Positions 1 through 12,400 of a stretch of 64,000 bases of DNA are shown piece by piece. Source of the stretch: Thalia democratica (taxonomy: Eukaryota); the NCBI GenBank assembly GCA_965202585.1, contig OZ241833.1, forward strand, positions 19,406,001 through 19,470,000. Reading direction: 5' to 3'. The stretch's first letter is position 1. Each line of letters opens with the position of its first letter. Both the position numbers and the translations under genes were made by a program. The notes below the pieces were generated by a model. It saw only the letters and a list, made by a program, of their open reading frames with translations, made no database searches and was not told the DNA's origin.

Positions 1-420
1 TATATATACATAATATTACAGAAAATTGTTCTAAAGTATTGACAAAATTGTTACTTTTATAAAGTTGTGTATTGTAAAGTTTTAAAGGCAGCTAAATCAT
101 TAAAAACAATTTTTTTTAAGTGTATGTACACTGGTTTTAAATTAAAAAAAACCTTCATAGATTAATAAACTTTTTAACATACCGCAATTAACAAATGAAA
201 CTTTTTTTGATTAAAAAAATTTTAAGGTTTTTTTACATATACTTTTTATAAATTTTAATTACTATAAACACTTAATGTATATTTTTTTATATTGATTTTT
301 TTGTTTTTGGAACTTGTTTATCTTAAATGATAATTATTTTGATTCGAAATAAGTTCTTTTTTTGTCTTCGTATGAGTCAGTGCACCAACTTTGAAATTCT
401 AATTATGACGTCACACTCAG

Positions 421-578
421 GTGGGCACGGAGCTGATCCGGGGAGTTTCTGGAGGAGAAAAGAAGAGGACGTGCATCGCGATCGAGCTGATAACCGATCC
501 TTCGGTTCTCTTCCTCGATGAACCGACCACCGGCCTCGATGCTTCGACCGCAAACGCCGTCATGCTGCTGCTGAAAAA
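421..578 (+). CDS. ABCG2: ABCG2-like exon (signature motif and Walker B)
   Basis: actcag|GTG...AAA AA|gttcgg; [52 protein letters not shown]. Confidence 0.95.
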
Positions 579-3500
579 GTTCGGGCTTTTTTATGAAAAA
601 AAAAAAAAATCAATTTATTAACAACTTTTTTCGATAAAATCGTTAAAAAAAGTTTTGAATGTTTGAACAAGCTTTGAAAAAAAAATGTTTACGATTTTGT
701 TAATCTGGAAAAAAAAATCATAATCTTTACTGTTCTTTAGACTAAAACCTAATAATTTTTATGTTTCTTTTTTTTTTCAAATTGATTTTTGTAAACTATG
801 CTTAGAACTTTTGAAATAAATTCTGGTGTTCATGTTAATTGTAAGAAATATAAACATAAGTTTTTTAAATGTTACAAAAATTAAATTTATGTTAAAAATA
901 GTTTTTGATCAAATTAGATTGATTCTTATTGCTAGATGAGAGTTTATTATTGATATTAAAAAAAAATATTTACATTTTATAATGTTAGAAATTAAATTGT
1001 TTTATAACTAAAAAGGTCTTACTGTTAATAGAGAACTGTTTAAAATTTAAACTTAACTTTTAGCTTCTGGATTAAATTATGTCTTTATCTGTAAACAGGT
1101 TTTGATTATAAACTAATTAAAAAAAACTCTTAAAGTTTAATGCATATTTCTATTAAATTAAAGTAAAATAGTAAATACAATAATTTATTTTCTATTTGAT
1201 ATTTTTCAGTTTAAAAATCTTTCAACTAAAATTAATTTTTTATAAACTGTTTGTAATTACTTTCTATTCATTAACGGTTAAAAGCGTAAAAATAATAGAA
1301 AAACACTAATGCTACTGTTTTTATCAAGATTTTATTTTTTGTAAATTTTTAAAAATAATATATAGTGTTAAATCACATAACACCTACTGTTAATACTTTT
1401 ATATTTTTAAGTAAGTTTTTAATGATTTAGTTTGTTAGTGTAGAATTTGGTGTAACTAGATAAGAAATGTGTTTATGTTATATGTAAAGTAATTGAAACT
1501 ATTATAGAATTAAAAACTTAATTATAATGGACAAAAGCTAATAAACTTTACTACCTTTTATGAAAGCGCACTGACCTACTCTTAGTAAACAAAGCTTACT
1601 TTGAATAGTTATACAAGTCAGTAAATAAACAAACACACAAGAATAATACCGTCCGAATTACTAGAATGTTACACCATTATAGTGAAATATTCAGTTTCTG
1701 TGCAGAAAATATGCTCGTTTCTACAACAAACACTCTTTTTGTTTATGTAGGTTAGGACAAAGAGGAAGAACGATAATATTTTCAATTCACCAGCCGAGAT
1801 ATTCGATATTCCGATTGTTCGATTCGCTGACTCTACTTTCGCTGGGAAAACTCGTCTATCACGGACCACTTTCTAACTCGTTGCCATATTTCGAAAAACT
1901 AGGTTTGTTATCAGTATCATGTTAGCTATAAATTTATTTTGTAATACAATTTCATTGTAATACATTAACAGTATTTATTAAATAATTTAATTTTAAATAA
2001 CTATTATATACAATTAAAGGTTATTAAATTTTTTTTATGTAACTTAAGAAAAAGGATTTGAAGTTAAACCAGTTACACTTTGAATGTTTTACCTTCATTA
2101 GATTTACCATTAACTTTATTGGTAAAAAAGTTGTAAATAAAGTTTTTTTGTGATAATTAGCTTTTAAATCCAAGAAAACTTAACTCAAAGATAAATTACT
2201 AAAAACTAGCAATATTTAGTAAGTTGTGTTCTGTAGCAGTTTTTATTTGGAAATTTTTTACAAAACTAGTAGGAACAAAGTTGTTGGAAAAAATAATGCT
2301 TTCAACTTGTTTAAAATAGTAAATGCTTATTACTACTTTTGTAAGTGTGTTTAAAATTTTAAAACTAAAATAGCCTTTTTGTCTATTATTTATTCAGCAA
2401 TGATTTTTTAGCTATAATTAATTTATTTTGAGTATTATTTTACAAAATGTGCATCTAGAAAATGATCGATTATAACAAAACTAAAAAAGCTTTATCATCG
2501 CAACAACACCAGACTTTCGTGAGGAAAGTTTTACGCAAGCCAGTTACGCTTACACGATCAAAGACTTCGCAATTCATGACATTTAAACTATTTCACATTA
2601 AAGTGTAACCTCTTAACATTAGTCAATTAATAATTTGTACGAATAAATACATTAGCCTTCCAAAAAGTGTATGTTTAACTTAATATTTAATAATGGTGCT
2701 TTCAAATAAAACATCCGAACCAACCATGTTTGTTGGAATGTTTTAAAAACTAAACTATAATTATTTAGTTTATCAAAACTTACAACTTTTCTCTATGTTG
2801 AATTGATAGTTCGACCAAGTTTCGGTCGTTGTATAAAATTTAAGCATATGTTTTACTTAAGCAATTTTGTTTGAACAAACATACTGAATAAAGTACTACT
2901 CAGTAGAAATACATTTAGAATTAATTATCAAAAAAATATTTCTTTTACTTGCAGGGTACAAATGCCAGGAACACAACAATCCGGCTGACTTCTTCCTGGA
3001 TGTCATCAACGGAGACTCTACAGCTCTGCAGAGCAACAAGCAGGAAGATCAGCACGAAGATGAAGAGATGGGGACTGTTTTGCAGGGAGCAGACGTCTCC
3101 GTGGCGGGAAAACTTGTTGAAAATTACGAAAAGAGCGAGATGTGTCGGAGCACGGCCGAGGAAATTAAGAAAATTCATGGAAGCAACAAAGGTTTGTTTC
3201 GTTACATTAAGCAGTTATTTTTTAGTGTTTAGATATTTTATTTTTTTTAGCATAGTTAAATATTAAACAATTAAACTTGCACTACTTTTTTTCAAAAAAT
3301 AATTTTGGCATTATTGTACTAATTTTGACATTTAGCATCAGTTTATTTTTACTTATTATTTTTTATTTACAACTAACTGCACATAATTTTGTAAATTATG
3401 ACAAATTTAAATACTTTTAAAGTTCAAACTCAGAAATTTTCTCGCAGGGGTTTATGTATAAACAAGTAGTGGTTTTATTTTACAGCCTAACAATATAACT

Positions 3501-6500
3501 AATCATCCTGAACTGCGATGTACTTTTGTTTAATTCATAAAATAACTTTCTTAGGTTTAGACGTAGCGTTCAAAAACATATCTACTTACGCCACGCCATT
3601 CTTTTATCAACTGAATATACTACTGAGAAGAGCTTTTCTTAATGTCATTAGAAACCCAATAGCTACAGTTGGAACCGTGAGAAATTTTGTTGATTTGTCA
3701 TACATTGTGAACTTTAGCAAAATGGATAATAATGATTTCAAAACAAAGCTTATTAATATTTTTCCAAGTATAAAAGAAAATTCAATTGTTTATTATTTGT
3801 GTAATTCATTTCAAACAAAATAAATAGGCTTTTACACATTTTAATTGAGATAATACGCATGTGCCAAAGTATAAATAAATACTGAGTTTGCTAATAAAAG
3901 TTTTCAAAAAACTGTTTTGAAATATTTTTTATATTGTACAAGCTATAACGATTTTTTTAATAAAATACAAATACTTAAGCAAGAGATAAGCTTAAATGTA
4001 GTTCTAAAACTAAAGAAGTCGCTTTCATGATTAGATTGGTGTCAATATAGTTATCGGAATTGTTTTTGGTCTTCTGTATTTCCAAGTAGATGACTCCGCG
4101 ACAACTGGAACTCAAAACAGGTTCAAATTGACATGCATACATTTTGTTTAAACTTTTCTTATATCTCCTTAAGTGTTTAAGAACATCTTTCAAACACATC
4201 TTATCACTTAAATTAACTATTTTTTCAACCAAAACAGATTCGGAGTTCTCTTCTTCATCTGCACCAACCTTTTGTTCAGCTCACTCAGCTCAATTGAAAT
4301 ATTTATCAAGGAAAAAGATGTGTTTGTGTAAGTAGATTTTTACTCAAATAGATACAAAATTTAAACATAAAAAAAATTTTGTTAACTTGATACAGTCACG
4401 AGTATGTGAGCGGTTACTACCGGGTTATTTCCTACTTCCTGGCCAAACTCTTTGCCGATCTCATACCGATGCGAACTGTCGGCCCGATTGTGTTCTGTAG
4501 CGTCACCTACTGGATGGTCGGTTAGTTTTGTTTCTATATGTTTTATTTAGCTGCTTGTGCATTCTTCAATATACATTCTGACTGTCTAGACTTTTTAATG
4601 CTCATTACGAGCTATTAAGCGAAATGTATGTAATTATAATATTTATTTAATATTTAGAAACATTACAATTTAAGACTTTAATATATTTTTAATAGTATCT
4701 TTTTTATTTACTTATGTATTTAGTGGATTATGAGATCTGTTATAAATCTAATACATTTAATCATATCTTTTCTAGGTTTTATATCATTTATTTTTTTAGT
4801 TTTAATGGGATTAAAGTTATTAAAAAGTGTATTAAATTGTCGTTTTTAACTTCTTTACTTTAACTGTAGTTGTAATTTATTCAAAAATTACAGCATATGT
4901 TTTTATTTGAATAAAATGTTGAATAATTCAGTGTAAAGGAAAAAAATGTTTCTCAGAATAATAAAATTTGCATTAAGTTTCACTACTTTGTGAAGTAGAT
5001 GCTGGTTTTATAAAACTTTATATAATTTTTATTTATCTATCAACTGTGAAGCAAATTAGTTATTGTCATTATGTAAGGTCTGAAAAAGGAGGCTGGAGCA
5101 TTTTTCTTGTTTCTACTGATGGTGCTTCTGATAGGCTACGCCGCAGTGGCAATCGCGTTGTTTTTCAGTGCGACTTTTGACACATATGCCGTCTCAAATC
5201 TGTTCATCACACTTACTTTTGTCTTCTCTATTGTTAGTTGTCTTTAAAACTTAAATTTCTTAAGAACTAAAAATATTTATTGAAATAATGTTTTAAAGAT
5301 CGCTTCAATTTTTCAACAATTTTCTTTCAAAAAAAAAGAGAGTTCATTTCAGCTTTTTTAGTTATTATGTGTGAAAACATTATAAAAAAACGTAATAGTT
5401 ACTGTAAGTAGCTTCTTTTTGATTGAATAAATTTACAGTTGTTTGCTGGACTGCTTCTCAATGTTGAAACTGTTCTTCCCTGGCTCGCATGGATAAAGTA
5501 TCTCAGTATTGCTAATTACGGATTTTCGGTAAGTATTTAATTGCAGTATTTGTCATTTTTTGTTTAGTATTAAACAAATATTCATAACTAGTTCTATCTA
5601 TTTAAAATCATTTGAGTATTCAAACTTACTTTCATCCATACTTAATACTACAAATATTTTCAAAACAAGTTTCAAAATATTGAAAGCACGCTTTCAAATC
5701 GTTTTGAAATTAATCTGCTTTACAAAATTTAATTTATTTTTGGCGTAATGTTGTAACTGTATGATTACCAATTGCTTTTTAGGGACTGGCAATCAACGAG
5801 TTTCGTGGAGAAACTTTCAGCGATTGTCTGACCAACTCCACAGCACCTCCAAGTGGTGGAACTTCTGATTGCACCACATTTTACACTGATCCAACAACAG
5901 GACAACTTTGGTTGGTTATTTTTTGTACGTTGAAATGGATGAAAAATAAATGCAAAGTTAAAATTAAAGTAGACTTGATACGTGAAATTAAATTTGTTAA
6001 AGTAACAAAAGGATGTAGAAATAAGTTTCTGGATAATTTTAATTTATATCTTCATCATACGAGATTTATTGTTCTTATATTTATTGTTTATTATTTCTTA
6101 TATTAATTAAACGTTAGTACAACTGAAAAAGTTATTAGAGTTGTTTAACTAAGCTTATCGTAACTAACTTATTTTAAATTACTATTTATAAAATTCCGCT
6201 AAGTAATATTAGCAAAAAAAATTTAACAAAACTAGAGTAAAAAAATTAAATAAAACTAAAAAAATAACTAAGTTCTGGCACTTTTTTTAAAATTAAGTAG
6301 AAATCAGTAATAAAGTGTAAATTAATTAGTTTTCAAAGAAAAACATTTTTTCAATTATACACACAGCTACAGCATAACCGGCGAGTGTTTCCTCTCCTCA
6401 CAACTGGGCATCGGGGACGGGTCCGCACTCTCAGACTGGGACCTGTGGCAGAACTATGTTGCCGTGTTTGCCATTTCAATGGGCATGTTCTTTCTCACTT

Positions 6501-6535
6501 ACGTGCAACTTGCAAGGACGAAGACCTACAGCTAG
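421..6535 (+). CDS. ABCG2: ABCG2-like ABC half-transporter, 3' part (5' exons lie left of the window); join(421..578,1751..1902,2955..3191,3555..3676,4035..4120,4238..4327,4396..4520,5078..5232,5439..5528,5783..5910,6373..6535)
   Basis: Spliced translation gives the signature and Walker B ([35 protein letters not shown]), H-loop ([16 protein letters not shown]), NPADFFLD and ABC2 membrane domain ([27 protein letters not shown]). All 10 introns are GT-AG with consistent phases. Exon lengths 158/152/90/125/155/90 match those I recall for human ABCG2. Confidence 0.95.
1751..1902 (+). CDS. ABCG2: ABCG2-like exon (H-loop)
   Basis: atgtag|G...CTA G|gtttgt; [50 protein letters not shown]. Confidence 0.95.
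2955..3191 (+). CDS. ABCG2: ABCG2-like exon
   Basis: ttgcag|GG...AAA G|gtttgt; [21 protein letters not shown]...; 237 nt, phase 1-1. Confidence 0.93.
3555..3676 (+). CDS. ABCG2: ABCG2-like exon
   Basis: tcttag|GT...ACC|gtgaga; ...[30 protein letters not shown]. Confidence 0.93.
4035..4120 (+). CDS. ABCG2: ABCG2-like exon (TM1)
   Basis: gattag|ATT...AAC AG|gttcaa; [29 protein letters not shown]. Confidence 0.93.
4238..4327 (+). CDS. ABCG2: ABCG2-like exon (TM2)
   Basis: aaacag|A...GT|gtaagt; [30 protein letters not shown]. Confidence 0.93.
4396..4520 (+). CDS. ABCG2: ABCG2-like exon (TM3)
   Basis: atacag|T...G|gttagt; [41 protein letters not shown]. Confidence 0.95.
5078..5232 (+). CDS. 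ABCG2: ABCG2-like exon (TM4-5)
   Basis: atgtaag|GT...ATT|gttagt (AAG acceptor); [51 protein letters not shown]. Confidence 0.92.
5439..5528 (+). CDS. ABCG2: ABCG2-like exon
   Basis: ttacag|TTG...TCG|gtaagt; [30 protein letters not shown]. Confidence 0.94.
5783..5910 (+). CDS. ABCG2: ABCG2-like exon (extracellular loop 3)
   Basis: ttttag|GGA...TG|gttggt; [43 protein letters not shown]. Confidence 0.9.
6373..6535 (+). CDS. ABCG2: ABCG2-like terminal exon (TM6); alternative in-frame acceptor would start at 6367
   Basis: acacag/ctacag|C ATA ACC GGC...AGC TAG; [53 protein letters not shown]. Confidence 0.92.
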
Positions 6536-7171
6536 AAATAACTTTGAATTTGTTTTTTCTTTTTTTCAAGACACTGCATTTAATTTTTTTTAATTATAGT
6601 TCATTCCTCTGCGATTTTTAAGTCAAGCGGATTTTTTTTTAATTTTTCAAAAAATTTGTTTAGATAATTTACAATGAAATTTATTTTGACGTCGCTTTTT
6701 AAACTTACTTGTTTTTTGAAGTAGGCACTTTTTTTGTAAATCTAACCCTGTTTGCTTCAAAAAAAATTGTTTGAGGTTTAGTTACTTATTTTAATGATAA
6801 AATTTTGCAAAGTTAGGCTGTTTTCTTTTATTAACGTTTGTTTTTAATAAAGTCATCTTAGCATCAGCTCTATAGCGAACTGTAAGAAAAGAATAAACTT
6901 TATATAAAATGAATGTTTGTCTTATGTTAATTACTAGCTTTTATTATGATTATGATAGATAGTTGAACACAAAACTTGATTAATAATAAGATAGTAGAGC
7001 TGTATTTTAGAATCGTAAGATTATCTAAGTTTACTTTTAAACTAAATTTACTAAAACTACATCATATTTCAATCATTTTCATAAATATATCAAATAAAAT
7101 AATATTAAAATCAATCAGATCAATAGAGACAATAGTTACATTTCTATTTGTTGTTTTTTAGTATTGTTATT

Positions 7172-7275
7172 GTTTATTAAACGATAAAAAAATAAGCGCT
7201 CAAAAGGTTTGGTACAAGAACCTGGTGTACAAAAAACCTTTCGTTTATCGAGTCATACACCAGAACAGTTTAACG
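7172..7275 (-). mobile_element. SINE-like dispersed repeat, copy 1
   Basis: Reverse complement: ggtgtatgactcgataaacgaaaggttttttgtacaccagg...ttttgagcgc; matches the copies at 40190, 44459, 57761 and 62176. Confidence 0.75.
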
Positions 7276-9124
7276 AACAAACAGTAGTAACAAGTTTGTA
7301 ACGTTTTTATACAGAGAAGTTAGTGAAAAAAAAAATATTTCGTCTAGAAATTATAAACTGTAATGTATTTAGTTCTAATTAAAAAATTGTTTTGATTTAT
7401 TTCAAAGTATAAAATTTTCTGATAAAAAATACAGTAATATTTCTCTTGAGAACGAACTTAAAACCAAGCTTTAAAGTGCTTATCTAAGAATAACAGCCTA
7501 AATAGAAAATTACACAAAGATCACAAAACCTTTGGCTGGAAAATGATTACTTAAAGGAAGGTTGCTATTACTAAGTTTTTGTGTGCTATACTATAAAGCA
7601 AGAATTATAATCTTAGTATAAACTGTTTCCAACTACTAGCAATCAAACTTGGTCTTAAATTTATTTGTTGTAAACACTTTTATTACAATAATAAATAAGT
7701 TAAAGTCTTTATATATCTATACAACTTATGTGTTAGTGAAATTGGAAAAAAAAAATACTAAGCTCTTAAATCACTCACTATCATGTTTCAGTTTTGTTAT
7801 TCAAACACAACAAGTAAAGTTGTTAGTTTGCTAATAATTTATCATTGAGTTTTTCAAAAAAATAGCATAATTTGTAATACAAAACAAATTGTTATTACAA
7901 TTTTTATAAAAAATAAGGTTTAGATCTTTCTATCATTCTTATTTTAAATCAATTTTAAATAGTCATATTATCTGTACCCACAAACGAACGCTTCAGTGTA
8001 AATACATTTATTGTTTTCCTGATTCGATTGTTCATCGTGACTATGTCTGGCTTATGGATCGCAGAAGCATCACATTGGTTATTGGTTTCAATTGTGCGGT
8101 GCTGTCTAGTTCTTATTGAATGATGTGCGAAAAAATACATCTCAGCTTTGCTGATGACAGCCGAAATAACTTCTAATTAGCTCATCATTGAAAATATGTT
8201 TTGATAATCAAATGCTTACAGTTTCCATTCAAATTTTTCATATACCACCAATAAATTGTACTTTGACTTTAATGCGTAGGTGATAATTAAAAAATAAGTC
8301 ACACTTACTTTATTTTAATATTTCAGTTAGCCTCTGCTGCATTTGTGTTGATCAATTACTTTTATTATTTCCTGTATGTCATTAAGAATGATTTCGAACT
8401 TAGATTCAAATTTTTTTCACATTGTGAATGAAAACTGTTATTACTATTTTCAATTATCAAAAAAAAAATATTTTGAGTACCTGTTACCATCAATATGCTA
8501 TTTATTTATTTAAAAACTTACTTACGAAATCTAACAGTTGCATCTGTTTATGTCACGGTACAAAATATAATAATAAATAAAGGTTTTCTTATGCTATATT
8601 GTTTTAATGATACGGTATTATCAAATATTTTAAAAAGACTTAAATATTCTATTAGTATTTTCAATGTACGTACTTTCATTCTCTTGAAATAAAGGCTCCT
8701 CGTTAGAGTAAAAGAATTAATTAAAAGTTTTAAACTAATGTGTGTTATTTTTTTTTACTAATGAAATATAAATTTTATGACAAATACTAAAGCTTTAAAC
8801 TAATTTATACTGCTACGAACCTCAACATTTAAAGTTATTAGGTATTAACAATGATAATAAGCTTTTTTATGCTTCAAGCATATTCATTTTTTCAAGCATT
8901 AAACATTTATTTTAAATTTTTCAACTAGTTTGTTTTTAACAAAATACTATTTAATCTTAAAAATTAAAATAATTTTTGTCTTTGGTTTTTTCAGAAGCAG
9001 TATTAGTTTGTTTCTTAAAAAAAAAATACATCGAGGAAAAATTAGAGAATGTAACGATCTCTGTATTGATGAATAAATCAAAAACAATACCGTTAAATTT
9101 TTTAAGTCCTTTGTAAGTTTAGTT

Positions 9125-9436
9125 CTGAGGTCGGCAGACTTCTAAAAGTTGCAGGTCAAATTTCTTAGAAAAAAAATGCTCTCGGGTCGCTTTATATAGA
9201 AAAAAGTATCTAAGGGTCGCAGTTCTTCTAAAGTAGTTGCATTAATTACTATAGTAATACAGTTCTAAATAAAAAAATACCATAAAAACCAATAAAAGAG
9301 CAATGTTAAATAGTTATTATTAATTTAAGAGCTTAGTTGTAAGTTTTCATTACCAAAAACTTTTTTTAAGTACGTTTTTAGCTAAAAGCTACTTCTGCAG
9401 ATTTTGACTTTGAGGGCCGTAGTTTGCCGATCCCTA
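9125..9436. mobile_element. Old hAT MITE (CAGGGGTCGGCAAACT-type TIR)
   Basis: ctgaggtcggcagact ... gggccgtagtttgccgatccct; degenerate TSD GTTTAGTT / GGTAAGTT (6/8). Confidence 0.7.
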
Positions 9437-12400
9437 GGTAAGTTTCTTAAAGACAATTGTCTTTATATAGCTTTTGTTGCAAAAGTTCGTTGTTATCTTA
9501 CCAATTAGAAAATACAAACTAGGTTACAAACTTTGTGCACATAAAAGGAATCCAATTTGCTATATAGAAGCTACAAATAGTTCTTTTTTTCACAAAAGTT
9601 TTTTTTCTCAAAGTACAGTTGCATGAAACAAAAGCTAAACTGTATGACCATTAATTATTTTCTTATCGTCCTTATGTTATCATGCATCAGTATACTATAA
9701 GTTCAACTAATATTTAATATTTATTAGACAGTTTTTAGATGAATACATTGACTTGTTTAAATCAAGTAGTAGATTCTTAATATTTTTTATGCTTTTATAA
9801 GATTACTCTATGGTTTGATAACTTAATTTTATTGGTTTTATTTAACCTTGCTTAAAATTTTCAATTAATTAATTACTAACGCATATCATCTAGAATTGTA
9901 ACTATCGGATTCTTAAAAACTATACCTAATGGTCCAAGTAACAAAAGTATAATACTCATAAACTTAAAAACTTAAACTAGTAAGTAACGGATTCAAATTT
10001 TTAGATTCAAAACGTGTTAGTATCACAAAAAACACACAATTTTGTTTTAAATTTACTATATAAATTTTGCTTTAAACTAAGCATAACTAAAGTATGGGCT
10101 GTTTCATTACCAGTAAAAAGGCTTCCTGGTGTGTACTATGGACAAAACCGTTCGTAAGTAATTTGTATTATTATAGTAGTTCATATACATTATTTCTCTG
10201 TAGCCAGTCCTTAGATTACTACGACATATATTTGATGTGCCTTGGCTAAAAAGTATATTTTCTATAAATCGTTTTTGATTAAACTTATAACTAAACAACA
10301 AATGTTTGTTGTCAGAGTGGAACAACAACAATCGATTTAATCATTGCTCTACTAAAAACTTTAAATTTTCTCTTATGATGGATCAAAGTAAAAACATATA
10401 CAATCACAATGAGCTAAACGCCTAAAACTTAATTTCTTTAAAGTAAAGCAGTTTTAAGTTCACAAAATATTAAATGAAAATAAAAAATCAAATTATTCCC
10501 TTTTGAATTTTTTAAACTTTTAAGAACTTTTTATTTTTACGTAGTTTAACTTAAAAAAATTTTTTGTACAGAAATACAAAACTCATCCTATTTCTACTTT
10601 ACTACCTTATTGCAAACTTTATAATAAAGTAAAAGTTTAGTAATATATAAAACTCACAAATAAGCTAACTATTTACTATTCATTGATTAGGGTTTTAACT
10701 TATTTATCCTTTTTAACTTAAAATTTAATTAAGTTAGTAAACAATTCATCTTCTATTTGCTAAAAAAAATGCAAATTAAGAATAAAAACTACCAACTAAA
10801 TCAACTTTGAATAATTTTTAAAAAAGTCAAAAGTTTTTTAATTTGTTGCAGAAGTTCAACTGAACTATTTATAAACTTGTTATTATTTAATTCTTGTTGG
10901 TCTTTTTTACAAGGGAAATTTTCGAAAATAATTTTACAAATAATAATTTATGTTAGCTTTTTTAATGTTAGAAGAATAATAACGACTATACTTTTACAAA
11001 AAACTAGGCTGTGTCATTAAAAATGTTAAAAGTTTAACATTAAAATATTAACAAATCAACTTTGGTTTGCAAAAAATATCTTTTCGTAACATGATAAGTC
11101 AACAATATCAAATACTAAAATAATGAAATTGAAAATAAAGTGTTTGTTTCATGTAATAATAAAGCAAATGTTATTATAAGCTAAAGCTAATTAATACTAG
11201 CCGAAATTCCATTGATCAAATCACTGCTTTTGTTAAGTTTTAAGAACATAATAGTTTTTTTTTTTATATGCAAACTATCAGAGTAGGATGTATCATTTAA
11301 TTACCATTAAAGTTGCTGCTAACATTTTAAATCTCTATTTTGAAAGATTATTTATTGAATACATATTCAAACATTTTACTTTTTCATTGTTAAATAAATC
11401 GCAGTAAAGTAGTAAATAAAATAATAATTTTTACATACTTAATTTTTAGGTTTAAATTAAAAATTATGATTTTTTTTTAGATCAAGAAAAAAAAATTATC
11501 TGAAAGGTTAATACAGCATGTTTAATTTTTTTATAATACCTTTTTATACAAAAATTTCTCGTTAGTTTTAAATTATACTACTAAACAAAAAAACTAATTT
11601 GTTTATTTTTTAACTAACTTATTTCAAATTTTACTGTATTGAACTAAAATAAAAGTTGTTTTTCGTTTTATTTTTTATCAAAATTACTTTTTATTGTAGC
11701 AAAATACTAAAAGAAGTACAGACTCCTGGCTAAACAATTTAAAGCAAAATTTAGACAAAACAATACTTTTTCTTACTTGTAACTATTTTTATTAAGTTAT
11801 TTAAAAAAACATTTCACTTTTATTAAATAAAGTTTGAAAATGCATTATAAATCTATTGGTTTTTAGTTAACTTTTTTATTATTACTTAATTAATTTTTTA
11901 TGCTTGTATGAGTTAATAACCTTCACAGTTTGCGTCACTAAGCCTAAAAGTAGAACAGTTGTTATACGAAGCTATATATAATTTATTGTTCTAATGAATT
12001 AATATAATACACTCTTTATAAAAGCTAACCAAAAATTTTTAGATTTATCATAATTAATACTTTAAAATGTAAAACCTGTAGTTTTTAAATTATTTAGTTT
12101 TGATATACGCACAACTCGTAATCGAATTTGTGATGAGTATCAGTCATATTTTAAGTCAATTATGTTGCTAAGTTTAAAAAATTCAAACACTGTCTAACAT
12201 TGTTTTGCAATATAATAGATTAAAAACTTTTTTGAAGCTAATTTTTACATTTCAATAATTTTTTATTTCTAAACTTATTTTTTGATACGTAATCTTTTCA
12301 AGACTTTGAACTAATAAAAAGTAATATTTAATGAAATTTATTTAAAAGTTGTTAATTAAAGAACATTTGACTATTTTATCATTACAGACTTTAATAATTA

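Noticed and set aside
8060-8110. ATCACATTG (miR-23-like seed) in a loose hairpin
   Set aside because: The rest of the sequence does not match miR-23 and the pairing is too irregular for a pre-miRNA.
8151-8180. CTGATGA...GAAA as a hammerhead
   Set aside because: Only 5 nt between the core motifs with no stem II, and no paired stems I or III.
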